Part shown: piece by piece, positions 1 to 13,541 of the stretch
Layout: each line of letters begins with the position of its first letter
Position numbering within the stretch: position 1 is the first letter of the stretch
DNA from: Octopus sinensis
Taxonomy: Eukaryota
Length of the DNA stretch: 64,000 bases
Direction: 5' to 3'
Assembly: GCF_006345805.1 (NCBI RefSeq)
Contig: NC_043016.1
Coordinates: 4,960,001 to 5,024,000, forward strand
The notes under the pieces: generated by a model
What the model saw: the letters and a program-made list of their open reading frames with translations, nothing else
Told to the model about the DNA's origin: nothing
Database searches by the model: none
Program-made: the position numbers and the translations under genes

Positions 1-218
1 AGTAGCACTTTGTCGAAAGCCTTTTCGAGGACAACGAAAGATAGACATAGGCGCAGGAGTGGCTGTGTGGTAAGTAGCTTGCTAACCAGCCGCATGGTTC
101 CAGGTTCAGTCTCACTGCGTGGCATCTTGGGCAAGTGTCTTCTGCTATAGCCCCGGGCCGACCAATGCCTTGTGAGTGGATTTGGTAGGTGGAAACTGAA
201 AGAAGCCCGTCGTATATG

Positions 219-253
<35 letters not shown>

Positions 254-890
254 CTGTGTTTGTCCCCCTAGTATTGCTTGACAACCGATGCTGGTGTGTT
301 TACGTCCCCGTCACTTAGCGGTTCGGCAAAAGGGACCGATAGAATAAGTACTGGGCTTACAAAGAATATGTCCCGGGGTCGATTTGCTCGACTAAAGGCG
401 GTGCTCAAGCATGGCCGCAGTCAAAATGACTGAAACAAGTAAAAGAGAGAAAATATAATTTTCTTGTAGTTTTATAATAAAGAAAATGGCATCAACAGTA
501 ACTCCAACTGGAATTCATTTAATCTAATTTGCCTTTTGATTAGCTGTGCCATAATTCTTTCTGTCATTAGTTTCGTGTCCCTGAAGTTGCTTCGTCTTAG
601 AGCGTCTCCTTTGTCCTTATCGCAGTTAATTATCTTACGACTTCACCGTTCAATGGAAATGATTTCCCCCTTTAAATCCTTTCATACTATGGGAGTGACA
701 ACCGCACGTGTCCTACTTCACCAGCGTTTTTAGCATCTCAGAGACTTTGGTTGCTTTTCAGGCCATTATAACTCTGATCACCATTTCGACCTATCAATTC
801 CAATTGTTGGTTCTCTGTTGGATCTTGAAATAGTCAATCTCTTTCCCATACATATTCTTCATGCAGCAAACTCATGTAGCATTTCTAGGT
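1..890 (-). pseudogene. RTE-clade LINE reverse transcriptase relic, split by a SINE at 50-449
   Basis: Minus-strand translation: IINCDKDKGDALRRSNFRDTKL-MTERIMAQLIKRQIRLNEFQ...DAIFFIIKLQENY (450-650), continuing across the SINE to SFVVLEKAFDKVL (1-47); RT domain 1-3 motifs. Confidence 0.7.
50..449 (+). mobile_element. tRNA-derived SINE, family A
   Basis: A-box-like TGGCTGTGTGG, B-box-like GGTTCAGTC, CCTTGGGCAAGT core-like block, internal TA/TG microsatellite, tail GGCGGTGCTC..GCATGGCCGCAGTC..GACTGAAACAAGTAAAAG; about 10 copies in window. Confidence 0.9.
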
Positions 891-1109
891 ACCTCTATGT
901 AAGTTGTCATTGAGAGTTAAAGAACCGCTGTTATTACGCACAGCGACTTTTCATCCGATTCTCAGAGCAGAGAACATCAGCAAACCTCTCCTTATTAAGT
1001 ATCTATACTTCACGTGTAACTTGTCGTTTAGCTATCTAACAGTGTTCTTTATATGTGTGGGTGTGTATGCGTATATACGTGTGTGTGTGTGTATGTACGC
1101 GTATGTGTA

Positions 1110-1152
<43 letters not shown>

Positions 1153-1180
1153 ATATGCATACATGTATATATTAAAATCT

Positions 1181-1571
1181 GGATCTTTTCGGTTTGAACG
1201 GCAGTTTTTAACATAATTTCTAGGTAACTAAAAAATCTTAAACTTCGTATACTGGTAGAATGTGTTTGTAAAACATCTTTTTCTCTTGGCTTTATTGAGA
1301 AAATTCTATAGTTTATAAGATATTTGTTGGTTCTTTTTCTTCAATTTCTGCAATTTCAACCAATCAGTGACGTCTATTGAGTTAAAAAGAAACAGATTGG
1401 GTTTATTTACATTTGTGAAGAAGAAAAAGATACCCTTCCCCCACCCCTAACTAACCCTAACCAACCCTAAACCTAAAATAGATTGAAATGCAATAGATCG
1501 ATTCTAGGTCATAATTATGGGTGACAATTTCATATGACACCGCTAGAAAAAAACTGCCGTTTAAACCGAAA
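1181..1571. mobile_element. Non-autonomous TIR element (GGATC-TIR MITE family), right TIR truncated
   Basis: Starts GGATCTTTTCGGTTTGAACGGCAGTTTTT, ends AAAAAACTGCCGTTTAAACCGAAA; body matches 57219-57456 and 58112-58847; CCCTAA repeats at ~1444-1476. Confidence 0.85.
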
Positions 1572-2336
1572 CTATGTTCACAAAACTATGTTTAGGAATC
1601 TGTGCTTCATGTTTCAACGCTTTTCAAACGATGGACAATGTGATTTAAACGAATACATAAATGCTTGCGAAATAATAATAATAATAAATATTAAATAATA
1701 ATTTAATAAAACCATTTGACTTTTGTATTCTCTATACAGATATTAAATGGCTTTATTACATGTTTATGTATTTTTGTATATTGTCTATAAAGAACAACCA
1801 TGGCGACTAATAAACAAGACTGTCCAAAGATCCCCCACTAGCCATTTGGAAATTGCTCAACAGAAAGTTTCGATTTTTGACGATATTTTAGCACACATAC
1901 CTGCTTTCATATGTACATAACTCCCGATACAGTTATTTAACAAATTTAACTAAATAGATCTTGAATTCATAAGGAATTGTTTCATCCAGGTTAGTGCTCG
2001 GCAACCTTTTTTTTACTTATGGTACACTTATATTCTTTACAAAATTCGGCAGCACATCTGAACTAAAAATGTAGCTAAAAATACAGGGAGAAAATTATTG
2101 AAGGTCAGTTCAACCCATAGCTTTATAATGAATAAAAAGTATTTCTTTCTTGTATACTTTAATATGTAATGAACAAATTTCATAAAAATTTCACATTTGA
2201 ACTCCTCCTAAAATCGTAAATCAATGGCGGATAAGTTAACAAACCAATATTTCCTCGAGGGCAAAAATCCATTGGTCAGTATATGCGATTAGGTCTCCAT
2301 TATATCTGGATTAGCAAAAACCGGACTCGTAGCCTT

Positions 2337-2367
<31 letters not shown>

Positions 2368-2529
2368 TTAAAGGTGTTGGAGAATATTGTTTTCAATGGT
2401 TGTCTTTATCGATTTTGAAATACTGTAAATAAGCATGATAGACCGATAAACGGCAGCGCCGAACAAATACACGTTCCTGAGAATGGTACACACTGTCTCT
2501 AAGGATATTCTTAAAATAGGAATATTCTT

Positions 2530-3420
2530 AAAGCGAAAGACAAAGATTATGTAGTTTCATATTAACTTTGAAACTAACAAGGGCCAGAGTTGCCTTAGCA
2601 CTTGACGTGCATGTGGTGTAGAAAGGGATTGTCTGGATTGATACATACTTACTATGTGCAACGAGGAATGGGTGTGAAGTGAGCATGAGAATTACTTTAA
2701 AGCAGTCGCCGTTAGGGAGTGAAGAGAACATTGACAGTGACTTCGGCAAAGCGCGATAAGTTTCGGCTGCTGTTTAAAAATTGAATGTTTTTTGGGCTGT
2801 GCGATGCCCATCGTTATCCTATGTGATTTGGCAGTTGTTGCGATGAAACATAAAGTCAATCTTCTTTAAGGGGAGGATGTTTATCTGGAAGCGTTGCAAG
2901 TCTTGTTCTTTCTTTATCAACTGCTGCATGGTAACTATGGGTGAATCAGTAAGATGACTTAGAGTAGTTGTTCTGAGTTGGATGTAGGAGATTAGCTATG
3001 TCTGTACTTCTAATCTATCTCATACAAAGCATACGTGTTGCCAGAGAATGAACAGAGCAAAACAAGCAGAGCTTCGAATACTCGGATAATTTGAAGGTCC
3101 AGAAAGCGAGGAGAAAGTATGTGAATGTGTGGTGGGTATTCGCGATAAAAGCATTGACCAGACGACTTAGTAAGTGCACAGACGGTAACTGATGGAGAAA
3201 ATTACGTCTGGAGATGGCAAAGAGATAAAGGGTACATAGTGTGTCAGTGAGTCAATTTTAGGCTGTGAGTAGGGTTCGAAACTGCTGCGGAGAGTTAAGG
3301 ACTGCATAGTATTTGGCTTCTTCTTTTGTAGCGTAAATGTGGGATGAGTGTTCGAGTGAAGAAAAGTTTTGAGCATCGACATGACTGATGACAACAACTT
3401 CAGAGGGATCAGCTAAGATA
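2530..3420 (-). pseudogene. Probable Gypsy-type LTR retrotransposon pol relic (RNase H end / integrase N-terminus)
   Basis: Frameshifted fragments LRSSFEPYSQPKIDSLTHYVPF and FLHH..SAKATLALVS resemble Gypsy RNase H C-terminus and the integrase HHCC region; highly degenerate. Confidence 0.4.
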
Positions 3421-3501
3421 AATGTCATCAGAAGAAACTGGCATTTGACGAAGAGTTAATAGTATTTAGAAAAATCCGGAGAAATTTGATGGAAAAGATT
3501 G

Positions 3502-4792
3502 TATTAGGTCATCAACTATGAAATTTGTAGTAAGGTATATGGTAAACTTTGACAGCTGCTCATTTTGCGCCATTATTATATTTTGACAATCTTTATTTTT
3601 TGATAGAAAGCTGACACATCTATTTCTTTATTCTAACTCATTTTGTGCTTTATAAAGTATTTATAAATCGTTTTTGCTGTTTTTGTTTAGAGATGGATAA
3701 GTCGGAAATTCGTACAGTTTTGAAATATGAGTTCTTTCTTTGAAATATAGCATCATAGACAGCTCGGAATATTAATGGAGTATTTCATTCTAATGATATT
3801 ACACAGCAGACAGTGTCAAATTGGTTTGTAAAATTTCGTTCTGGTAACTTTGACCTCACAAATGAGCAACGCGATCGACCAGAAATAAAGGTGGATAATG
3901 ACGAACTGAAAGCCACCGTCGAGTCAGATCCATCTCAAAGTGCACGTGAATTATCGTTGTTATTTGGTGTTAGCAAGCAAACAATATTGACTCACCTAGT
4001 TCAAATCGGTAAAGGGAAAAAGTTGGATAAGTGGGTTCCAAATGAACTCAATGAAAATCAGAAACAGCAATGTTTGGAAGCTTACATTATGCTACTTTCT
4101 CATAAGAAAAATGATTCATTTTTTAATCGAATTGTAACATGTGATGAGAAATGGATCCAATACAACAACAATAAACGCTCACCACAATGGTTGGACAAAG
4201 TCGAGCCACCAAAACACAGTCCAGACATCAAAATTCATCAAAAGAAGCTGATGTTGTGTGTTTGGTGGTTTGATGCGGATGTGATCCATTATGATTTCAT
4301 TAAACCTGGCTCATCAATCACGGCCGAAGTATACTGCAGCCAACTGGACCAAATGATGCAGAAACTTACAAAAAAAAAACCAGCCTAAATTAGTCAACAG
4401 ATCCCCTCCTATTTTATTGCAAGACAACGCCAGACCACACATCGCAAAAATGACATTGGCGAAACTACAGGAGTTGGTGTTGGAAGTTCTCCGTCATCCA
4501 CCATACTCACCTGATCCTACCCCCACTAACTACCACGTATTCCAAAATTTTGATAATTTTTTGATAGGAAAAATAATTAATTCCGACGATGCTGTAAAAA
4601 ATGCCTTCTAAGATTTAACTGACCGTAGAAAACCAGGCTTTTACAGTTTCGGGCTGGACAAGCTACCGCTGAAATGGCAAAAGTGTATTGACAATATGGA
4701 CGCATACTTTGATGAATAAAACTATTCCTTATATATATAAAACATTAGCAAACTTTCTTTTCTTTACAAATTTTATTCTTGACGATCTAATA
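3502..4792 (+). mobile_element. Full-length (~1.29 kb) mariner DNA transposon
   Basis: Imperfect 26-bp TIRs TATTAGGTCATCAACTATGAAATTTG / CAAATTTTATTCTTGACGATCTAATA including TA; transposase relic inside. Confidence 0.9.
3693..4719 (+). pseudogene. Mariner (DD34D-type) transposase pseudogene
   Basis: MDKSEIR start, WVPNEL, TCDEKW, QDNARPH, HPPYSPD motifs; in-frame stops near 3740-3755 and a frameshift near 4385. Confidence 0.92.
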
Positions 4793-5482
4793 TATTGGAG
4801 GAACGTGGAAGGAAGACTTGGAGCGAGATTATCTGAAAGTCATTGTTCCTGATATTCAGGTGAGAAGGTTGAGTGTCAGAAAGAGTTGGCTTCCCATATA
4901 CGCAAGCACCCCGTTTCAGAAGGAACATTAGGTTTGAGTGTAGCCTGGACATCAGCAAAGCACTTATGGAAATGAAGTGGGATATCTCTGCCTCGAGGAA
5001 TCGGAAGTATGGTTTCGGTGTTAGTCAGAGGCAAAGAGTGGGATCAAGATTCACAGATGTTAAAGAATATTAGGAGAATATTAGTCCAGCGAGCTTAGTA
5101 CAAGCCTTTGAATCTTGAGAAGTATTATAAGTGCCAAAAGATCTTTCGAATAAGTGTAACAACATGAACTTGGCTAATGATACCTGCGGGTCACAAGTTG
5201 AAGAAAACTGGGTGTAATGTATATACAACACCAAAGAGAAAAAACCCCAGAAAAGACAACATACGATACTTTTTCAGACATATTGTATCTAGTGCTTCAA
5301 TATCAAATGTTTCCTTTCTTTTCTAAAAATGGTAGAATGCAATTTAAGGAACTTTGGCTAGTATTTCTAGTAGATAAATCAAGTATTTATAGTGAATAAA
5401 ATATGTTAAACTGGATGAGGTAACACTAAAGAATGTAGATTTGCATAATATATCAAAAATAGCGATTTTATGAGAATAAGCG

Positions 5483-5514
<32 letters not shown>

Positions 5515-5699
5515 ATGGGCGTCTATTATATGAGTCATTATGTAAGAGACTAGCGTCAGTAATTTCAGTTTGCGGCAGCCACAAATACATTGCAGGGTAA
5601 AATCAATAAAGAAATTGAAACTTGTTCCACTTCGTTACTGTACAACAAATCGTTATAAAACGAAAAGGAAACATAAAATTATACATTATGTGTGGTGTG

Positions 5700-5808
5700 T
5701 GTGTGTGAGGTGTATAATAGTATGTATATATATATATATATATATTACATATTATATACATACATATATATATATATATTAATATATATTATATATATTA
5801 TAAATTAT

Positions 5809-5840
<32 letters not shown>

Positions 5841-6158
5841 AATATTATATAATATATATATATATATAACTACGCACATATACATGCAAAAACAAATGCA
5901 CATGAGTATGTCAATACACACACACACCACACACACATATATATTATATATAAGCGAGAGAGAGGAGAGAGAGAGAGAGAGAGGGGGAAAAAACATATTC
6001 ATATAAATGTGTATGCATATGTATGTATCAATATACATATGTGTAGCATTATTTATTATTATATATATAGTGTGTGTGCGTGTGTAGTATATGTGTATGT
6101 GTATATGTATGTACATTTATATCTATGTATATTTATATGAATATGTATGTGTATTTAC

Positions 6159-6206
<48 letters not shown>

Positions 6207-6806
6207 ATGTATGTATATGTATATATGTATGTATGTGTGCGTATATGTATATATGTTAGTATGTATGTATTAGACATATTGTTATTAATACAAACAAACA
6301 AAGCATGTAATCTTTAAGTATATTCTTAAAGTGTCAAGATCAAAACAGGCTGTAGATGAAAATGTTAGGTAAATAAAAATGAAAAATATTTTACCTTCGT
6401 ATTCATTATAACACGTTTCATTAATGCAAAACACACACTTAAAACTTTTATTTTTCACATCTTTTATATCTGCATATTTTTTTTTTTTTTTTGTTTTTGT
6501 TAATTTCAAAAAATCATTTTTGTAACCATGTTTGAGAAACTAAAATTGGATATTGAATGTGTATTTTCATGAAAATAAAATGCTAGCAGGAGACGTAGCT
6601 GAACATAATTGACACTATGGCCGCTTATTGTACGCTTTCCAAAATGCGTGAAATTGTCTTATCTGCTCTTTAAAGAAATTGCTTTCAATGTTCTTCTTTC
6701 CGTTTTTCCAAACTATTTCACGTTTATACACACACATACACAAACACATCTACACGCACACGATCGCACACATACACTCACACACTTACACACTTACACA
6801 CACATA

Positions 6807-6844
<38 letters not shown>

Positions 6845-7230
6845 AATGTTTATTTATGTACATATGTCCGTCTGTGTACAGCAGTTTGCGTATGTGTATG
6901 GTTATATGTGTAATCTCATGTATAGCTGTGTATGTATTTATGCATACATGTATGGATATGTATGTAGAAGTGTGTGTATGAGTATACATATATACGTATA
7001 TATATATATATATATATATTATTCATATATATATATATATATTCATATATATATACATATATACTATATATATATATACATATATATATATATACATATA
7101 ATACATATATATACATATATCTTATAAATATATATATATATACATGTATATATATATACATGTATATATATATACATGTATATATATATATATGTATATA
7201 TGTGTGTATATGTATATATTCATATATATA
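5700..7230. repeat. (TA)n/(CA)n/(TG)n microsatellite-rich tracts
   Basis: Direct inspection; source of spurious YIYI/HTHT ORFs. Confidence 0.9.
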
Positions 7231-7560
7231 TATATTATATATGGTGTTAAATATTAACATTACAGTGCACGACGCGTATGGTGAAGACATTCGCTTCGCT
7301 TCGCAACACATGGTCGTCGTCACATATTTTAGTGCCGCTGTGCAACGTATTCAGTGTCTTCTTCGATAGACTTGTACCAACAAATGCAATCGAAAGACTG
7401 CATTCGTTGAATGAATTGATAGTGAATGAAATCGATTGATTGAATTTGTATGCAGGTTTCTCATGAACGCACACACACACACACACCCACACACACACAT
7501 ACGCGCGCACACAAATACACGCACACACATACTCGCGCACACAAAGACACACATGTATCT

Positions 7561-7790
7561 TTTACTTGTTCCAGTCATTAAACCGCGGCCATGCTGGAGC
7601 ACCGCTTTGAAGAATTCAAGACAAACGAATCGAACTCAGTACATATTTTTTCTGAAGCGTGATACTTGTTTTGTCGGTTTTTTTTTTTTTGCCGAACCGC
7701 TTATTTACGGCTACATCAGCAAACGAGGACCAGCCGTCCCAGGGTAGGGGACACACGAAAACACAAAGACACACACACAAACACAAACAT
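7561..7790 (-). mobile_element. SINE family A, diverged 3' half
   Basis: GCGGCCATGCTGGAGCACCGC tail and GCCGAACCGCT block. Confidence 0.75.
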
Positions 7791-8014
7791 ACTGAAAGTA
7801 GTTCGTTGTCTGCTATTTGTATGAGAGTGTATATGTGTATAAATGTGTGTATAACCCCGAAAGGCCCTAAAACTATACCTCTTCGAGAAACATTTGATTT
7901 GATCTTTGAAATCTGTGTCTCAGAAAGGATTTTGGTAATTTCTCCTTTCTATATATATTACTATTTTTCACTCACTCTCTCCCTCTCTCCCTCTCTCTCT
8001 CTTTCCCTCTCTCC

Positions 8015-8087
<73 letters not shown>

Positions 8088-8183
8088 TCCTGTCTATCTT
8101 TCTTTCTTTTCCTTTCTCGCCACTCCCTCCTTCTCCTTTTCTCTGTCCGTCTTCCCCTCAGTCTGTTGGTTACACGAGACTAC

Positions 8184-8283
8184 NNNNNNNNNNNNNNNNN
8201 NNNNNNNNNNNNNNNNNNNNNNNNNNNNNNNNNNNNNNNNNNNNNNNNNNNNNNNNNNNNNNNNNNNNNNNNNNNNNNNNNNN
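8184..8283. other. Assembly gap (100 N)
   Basis: Exactly 100 N; typical scaffold join, so contiguity across it is unverified. Confidence 1.
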
Positions 8284-8354
8284 GCATGATTCGAAGCAGA
8301 TCAAGTGCTGGAATAAAGCCCACACCAAAGAAATAGAATGGTTTCGGATAATAA

Positions 8355-9065
8355 GCGCGGGGGTGGCTGTGCGGTCAGAAGTTCGCTTCCCGACCACATG
8401 CTTTCGGGTTCAATCCCACAGCGTGGCACTCTAGGCAGGTGTCTTCTACTTTAGCCTCGGTCCGACAAACGCCTTGTAAGTGAACTTGGTAGACGGAAAC
8501 TAAAAGAATCCAGTGGTATATATAGATGTGTGCGTGTGTGTGTGTGTGTGGTGTGTGTGTGTGTGCGTGTGTGTGTGTGTGTGTGTGTGCGTGTGTGTGT
8601 GTGTGCGTGGTGTGCGTGTGTGTGTGTGTGTGCGTGTGTGTGTGTGCGTGTGTGTGTGTGCGTTTGTGTGTGTGTGCGTGTGTGGTGTGCGTGTGTGTGT
8701 GTGTGTGCGTGTGTGGGTGCGTGTGTGTGTTGTGTGTGTGTGTGGTGTGTGTGTGTGTGTGTGTGTGCGTGTGTGTGTGTGTGGTGTGTGTGTTGTGTGT
8801 GCGTGTTGTGTGTGTGGCGTGTGTGTGTGTGTGTGGTGTGTGTGGTGTGTGTGGTCTATGTCTGTGCGTCTACCTGTTGTTGTCATCTCCGCTTAACAAC
8901 TGCTGTTGGAGTAATGTTGTGGTTCAACAAATGAGACCGACACCGATAGAGTAAGTACCTGGCTTTAAAAATATACTCAATCGATTCGTGTGACCATAAT
9001 TCTTCAAGATGGTGCCCCAGCGTGGCCGTAGTCTGATGAGTGAAACATGTAAAAGAATAAAAGAT
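8355..9065 (+). mobile_element. SINE family A, diverged, with ~340-bp (TG)n expansion
   Basis: 5' half 8355-8520, TG tract, 3' half ending GGTGCCCCAGCGTGGCCGTAGTC..GAAACATGTAAAAG. Confidence 0.75.
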
Positions 9066-9830
9066 GCAGAAGCGAATCTTATAATTCATTCCAATACTAG
9101 CATGTCAATATATTAAATAGTAATTCATGCAAAAATATTTAAAAAATAGACTAGGTGAATTGAGAAGGTTCTTGAAAGTTCAACCAAAGAAAATTGTTTA
9201 AATAGCCCGAGATGTGAAGTATTGTTTGACAAATAATAGAAAAGCGAGCGTGTCGCCCAAAAGTTCATCTTCCACCTCTATGTGTAACTAAGATAGCATC
9301 CAAAAAGATCAAAAAGCGACCGTTTCTTTCACCAATTGTCTTTAATGGCAAAATCCACTCTGAACTACAACCTCTTTTATTTTTAATGGATTAGCTGGAA
9401 TTTTCATGCTTTTTTTTCTTCTTTCGATGTTAAACACCGTTTCAGGGTTTTTTGTCTTCTAATTAAATTAATAATTTCAGTTAATCGAACTTTTCAGGTC
9501 TATGTGAAACTTTACCGAATGAACATGAATATACAAACATGTTTATGAAAACAATATAATATATGTGTATACGTGTGTGTATATATATATATGGATATAT
9601 GGATATAGATATATATACTGTCTCCCCCTCCCCCTCTCTGTATATAATATATATATATTATATATATGTATATGTATATATACACACACATATGTCTGTG
9701 TATGTATATATATATATATTATATATATATATATACATATACATGTGTATATATGTATATATATATACACATATATATGTATGGATATATATATATATAG
9801 ACATACATACATACATACATACATATATAT

Positions 9831-10416
9831 CGCACACAGACACACAGACACACACATATATATACATATATATATACATATAATTACCTGTATACATATA
9901 TTATTCATAGATATACACATATACCAAAGTCACTATTCATATACGCTATGTATATCAATATATCACACATACGTATAGCTATAAAATGTACTTATATACA
10001 TAAGTATGAATGTATGCACGTATACAATATATATATATATATAATATATATATATATATATGTATAGAATGTATGTATTCTATATATCTATATATGTATA
10101 TGAATGTATGATGTCTATATATATATACATATATATATATAATATATATATATATATAATATATATACATATATATATATGTCTATATATATACATATAT
10201 ATATGATATTATGAGAGAAAGTAGAGGCAGCCATAGACTGAAATTATGTTATGAACCGCCCTTTAGGAGATGCTTATCAACAGATATCAGGCAACCATGA
10301 CACTAAAACACATATATCTGATCTATTTCGGTTGAAATGGTTTCTGTTCGTGTTTAATCTCACGCAACTCCTTCCTTCCAAAACTCATTTTATTTTTCCT
10401 TCTTCAAAACATTTTG
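9831..10416. repeat. Dispersed duplicated block, copy 1 (copy 2 at 40318-41074)
   Basis: Shared non-microsatellite segments such as GAGAGAAAGTAGAGGCAGCCATAGACTG...CTTCAAAACATTTTG, nearly identical. Confidence 0.9.
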
Positions 10417-10504
10417 AAACAACAGCTTTACAAACATCACATATAACTGACTGATGTATGTTTGCCGGTTTGCCTGTCTGTGTCTCTGTTTATCTAATTA
10501 CCCC

Positions 10505-10650
<146 letters not shown>

Positions 10651-10738
10651 TGTCTAGTAAATGTGTATCTGTGTGTATAAGTGTGCGCGCGTGTGTGTGT
10701 GCGTGTATGTTGCGTATAGTATATGTGTATGTTTATGT

Positions 10739-10777
<39 letters not shown>

Positions 10778-11435
10778 TAGTATATTCTTCGACATTATAG
10801 ATACACCGTTAAATATGCGTAAATTGGGCAAGAAACCACACACGTGATTCTACAAAGAACACCACCAAATGACGAGACGTTGTGCTTGAGAAAATTTTGT
10901 CCAAAACATGGAAGAATGGAACAAAGAATGAATTCAACACACACACACGCACGCGCGAGCGCATGCGTAGTTGTGTCAGCTGTCACCACTTCTTCTTTCC
11001 CGGTATCTTCCTCTCATCTTCCTCTTCAGTGGTTTTTCTTCCACATGAAATGATTAAAACTTCTGTACCCAACCCTTTATCATCCTCCATACGCATCATA
11101 TATCAGCATCAGCCCGGTCTTCTTTCCTCTCGCTCTTATACATCTTTATACATCTTATACACGCTGTAATTGATAAGGAGACGGGGAAATTAAAACACAG
11201 GGTTGTATTTTATAACAGAATATGCAGATAACAGAATAAGTTACAGAATCACAAATATCAAACAGCATATTGTACAATATAGCTATGATAGCTTTTTGCC
11301 TCAGATACAGCAGCAATGCTGTCTCTTATATTTCGGCCAAATTTATTCTGAAATCTGTTATTATTTTCTATGACCAAACACGCCGTACCTTTCCTTTTAA
11401 ATACGCAAATGAAACATTATAACCGGGAGTTTTCG

Positions 11436-11479
<44 letters not shown>

Positions 11480-11610
11480 TGTGTGTGGAGGTGTGGACAT
11501 GAAAATAAAGCCGGACTAGACTACAAAAAAAAACAAACAAAAAAAAATACATGCGCAACTCCATTGTCTCCCGAGTAGAAAGGATGCCAATACAATACAA
11601 ACAATGTGGA

Positions 11611-11918
11611 GGTGCAATGCCCCAGTGGTTAGGGCAGCGGACTCGCGGTTGTAGGATCGCGGTTTCAATTCCCAGACCAGGCGTTGTGAGTGTTTATTGA
11701 GCGAAAACACCTAAGAGCTCCATGAAGCTCTGGCAGGGGGTGGTAGCGATCCTTGCTGTACTCTTTCACCACTCTTTGTCTCACTCTTTCTTCTCTTGGC
11801 CTGCTCGCTTAGCCAGCGGGGTGGCGTCATTCGAAGGCTAAAACAATGCGAAGCGTATTGTGATCAGCGATGTGTAGCAGCATCTGATAGCCTGGTCGGT
11901 CACGGTGATCACGGTGAT
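11611..11918 (+). mobile_element. tRNA-derived SINE, family C (RTE-type tail)
   Basis: tRNA-like head CAGTGGTTAGGGCAGCGGACTCGCGG..GGTTTCAATTCC; tail ..GGTCGGTCACGGTGATCACGGTGATA. Confidence 0.88.
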
Positions 11919-13161
11919 ATATATATATATTATATATATATATATATATATATGATCTCATATATTTTCTATATATTCTAGACGGAAGCTGAGCCTCGCC
12001 ATTTAACCGGTAGACTAATATAATTAGATCTACGCTTGTCTCCCGTGAATTTTGCAAAATGGCAAGGTGCCATTTTGCAAAATTATCCTGTTTTAAGAAT
12101 CTAATGCGGAATGAACAAATGAATCGGCTAATCTTCAACATATTCAACAGAATTTGATTGCATCTTGAGGTAATATTTAGATATCCGGTTTTTCATTTGT
12201 AAAATGAGTTTTTCATATAATGGTAAGGCATTGCTTGATTCTTGAAGTTATACATCTAAGGTTGTCCATTGAAGTTGATGGACGACGAATGAACGTAGAA
12301 CAGAATGCAAATTGCTTAATGGAAGTTTGATCACTAAACATGACTAAGCCAGTCCTTGATTCAATTTTTTTTTTAACTTAGCAGATGATCGTGGATGTTC
12401 TTTTTCCTTTATAGTGTTTTCATTTTCGTTGGTCATCTTGTAATATCGAAGTTTCTAAGTACAGTCGACATCTTATTGTCTGAATACCACATTTTACTGA
12501 CGCTGGCATCTGTTTGAACTCCGCTGTTAAATCTAAATGTGGATACAACATAAAACATGAAATCATACGATCAGTCTCATGAGATGTTACGTGAGATCTG
12601 CATGATCTACCAAATGGCATATCTACCTATCTAACTGCAATAAGAATCATTTAAATGAGTTGATATTTTCTTGAATATGAATCCACCGTTACATAGAGTA
12701 AAAATTTGAATAGTTTTCTTTGGATGAGAATTCTATATTTTATAAAATATTAGTGTACCTTCGAATAACGGAAATATCAAATAAAATGTGAAATTATGAA
12801 ATATTTCCTCATTTGCTTATCATTGTACATGATATTAATTAACTTCATCCGGCTTTTCCCACATCTCATTAACGCTTAGCGTCCATACAGATCTCATGGA
12901 ACTCACCCACCTTATTTCGTTCAATTCTCCATTCATCCTCCGTATTCAATGTCCATCATTTACTATTTTGAAGATCTCACTTCATACATTGGCATCATAT
13001 AACCTGCACATTATTCAGTCTTTTTTTGCTTGCAAATTAATAATTGCAGTGTATTTTCCCATCCTTTACTTATTCTAGCCATTATGTGTTTAGAACACTT
13101 TCCTGTCTCAATTTAGGTAATAAAAACTACGAGCATTCGAAGTAATAGATTTTCTGAATGT

Positions 13162-13541
13162 CAGGAGTGGCTGTGTGGTAAGTAGTTTGCTTACCAACCA
13201 CATCGTTCCGGGTTCAGTCCCACTGCGTGGCACCTTGGGCAAGTGTCTTCTACTATAGCCTCGGGCCGACCAAAGCCTTGTGGGTGGATTTGGCAGATGG
13301 AAACTGAAAGAAGCTCGCCGTATATATGTTTATATATATGTGTGTTTGTCTCCCTAGCATTGCTTGACAACCGATGCTGGTGTGTTTATGTTCCCGTCAC
13401 TTAGCGGTTCGGCAAAAGAGACCGATAGAATAAGTACTGGGCTTACAAAGAATAAGTCCCGTGGTTGAGTTGCTCGATTAAAGGTGGTACTCCAGCATGG
13501 CCGCAGTCAAATGACTGAAACAAGCAAAAGAGTAAAAAGTA
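13162..13541 (+). mobile_element. SINE family A
   Basis: Full match to 50-449. Confidence 0.9.

Noticed and set aside
1990-2060. hAT/Charlie-like start TAGTGCTCGGCAACCTTTT
   Set aside because: No matching opposite TIR or TSD found.
4800-5210. Possible continuation of the Gypsy relic beyond the mariner
   Set aside because: No motif strong enough to support it.
9030-9062. CTGATGAGTGAAACATGTA in a SINE tail looks like a hammerhead
   Set aside because: No stem II or stem I; other copies read CAGTC-loop-GACTGAAAC, so it is a mutated tail stem-loop.
12090-12620. Candidate host exons near 12.1-12.6 kb (also 20.3-20.45 kb)
   Set aside because: Splice-like signals present, but no consistent open frame or recognisable protein.
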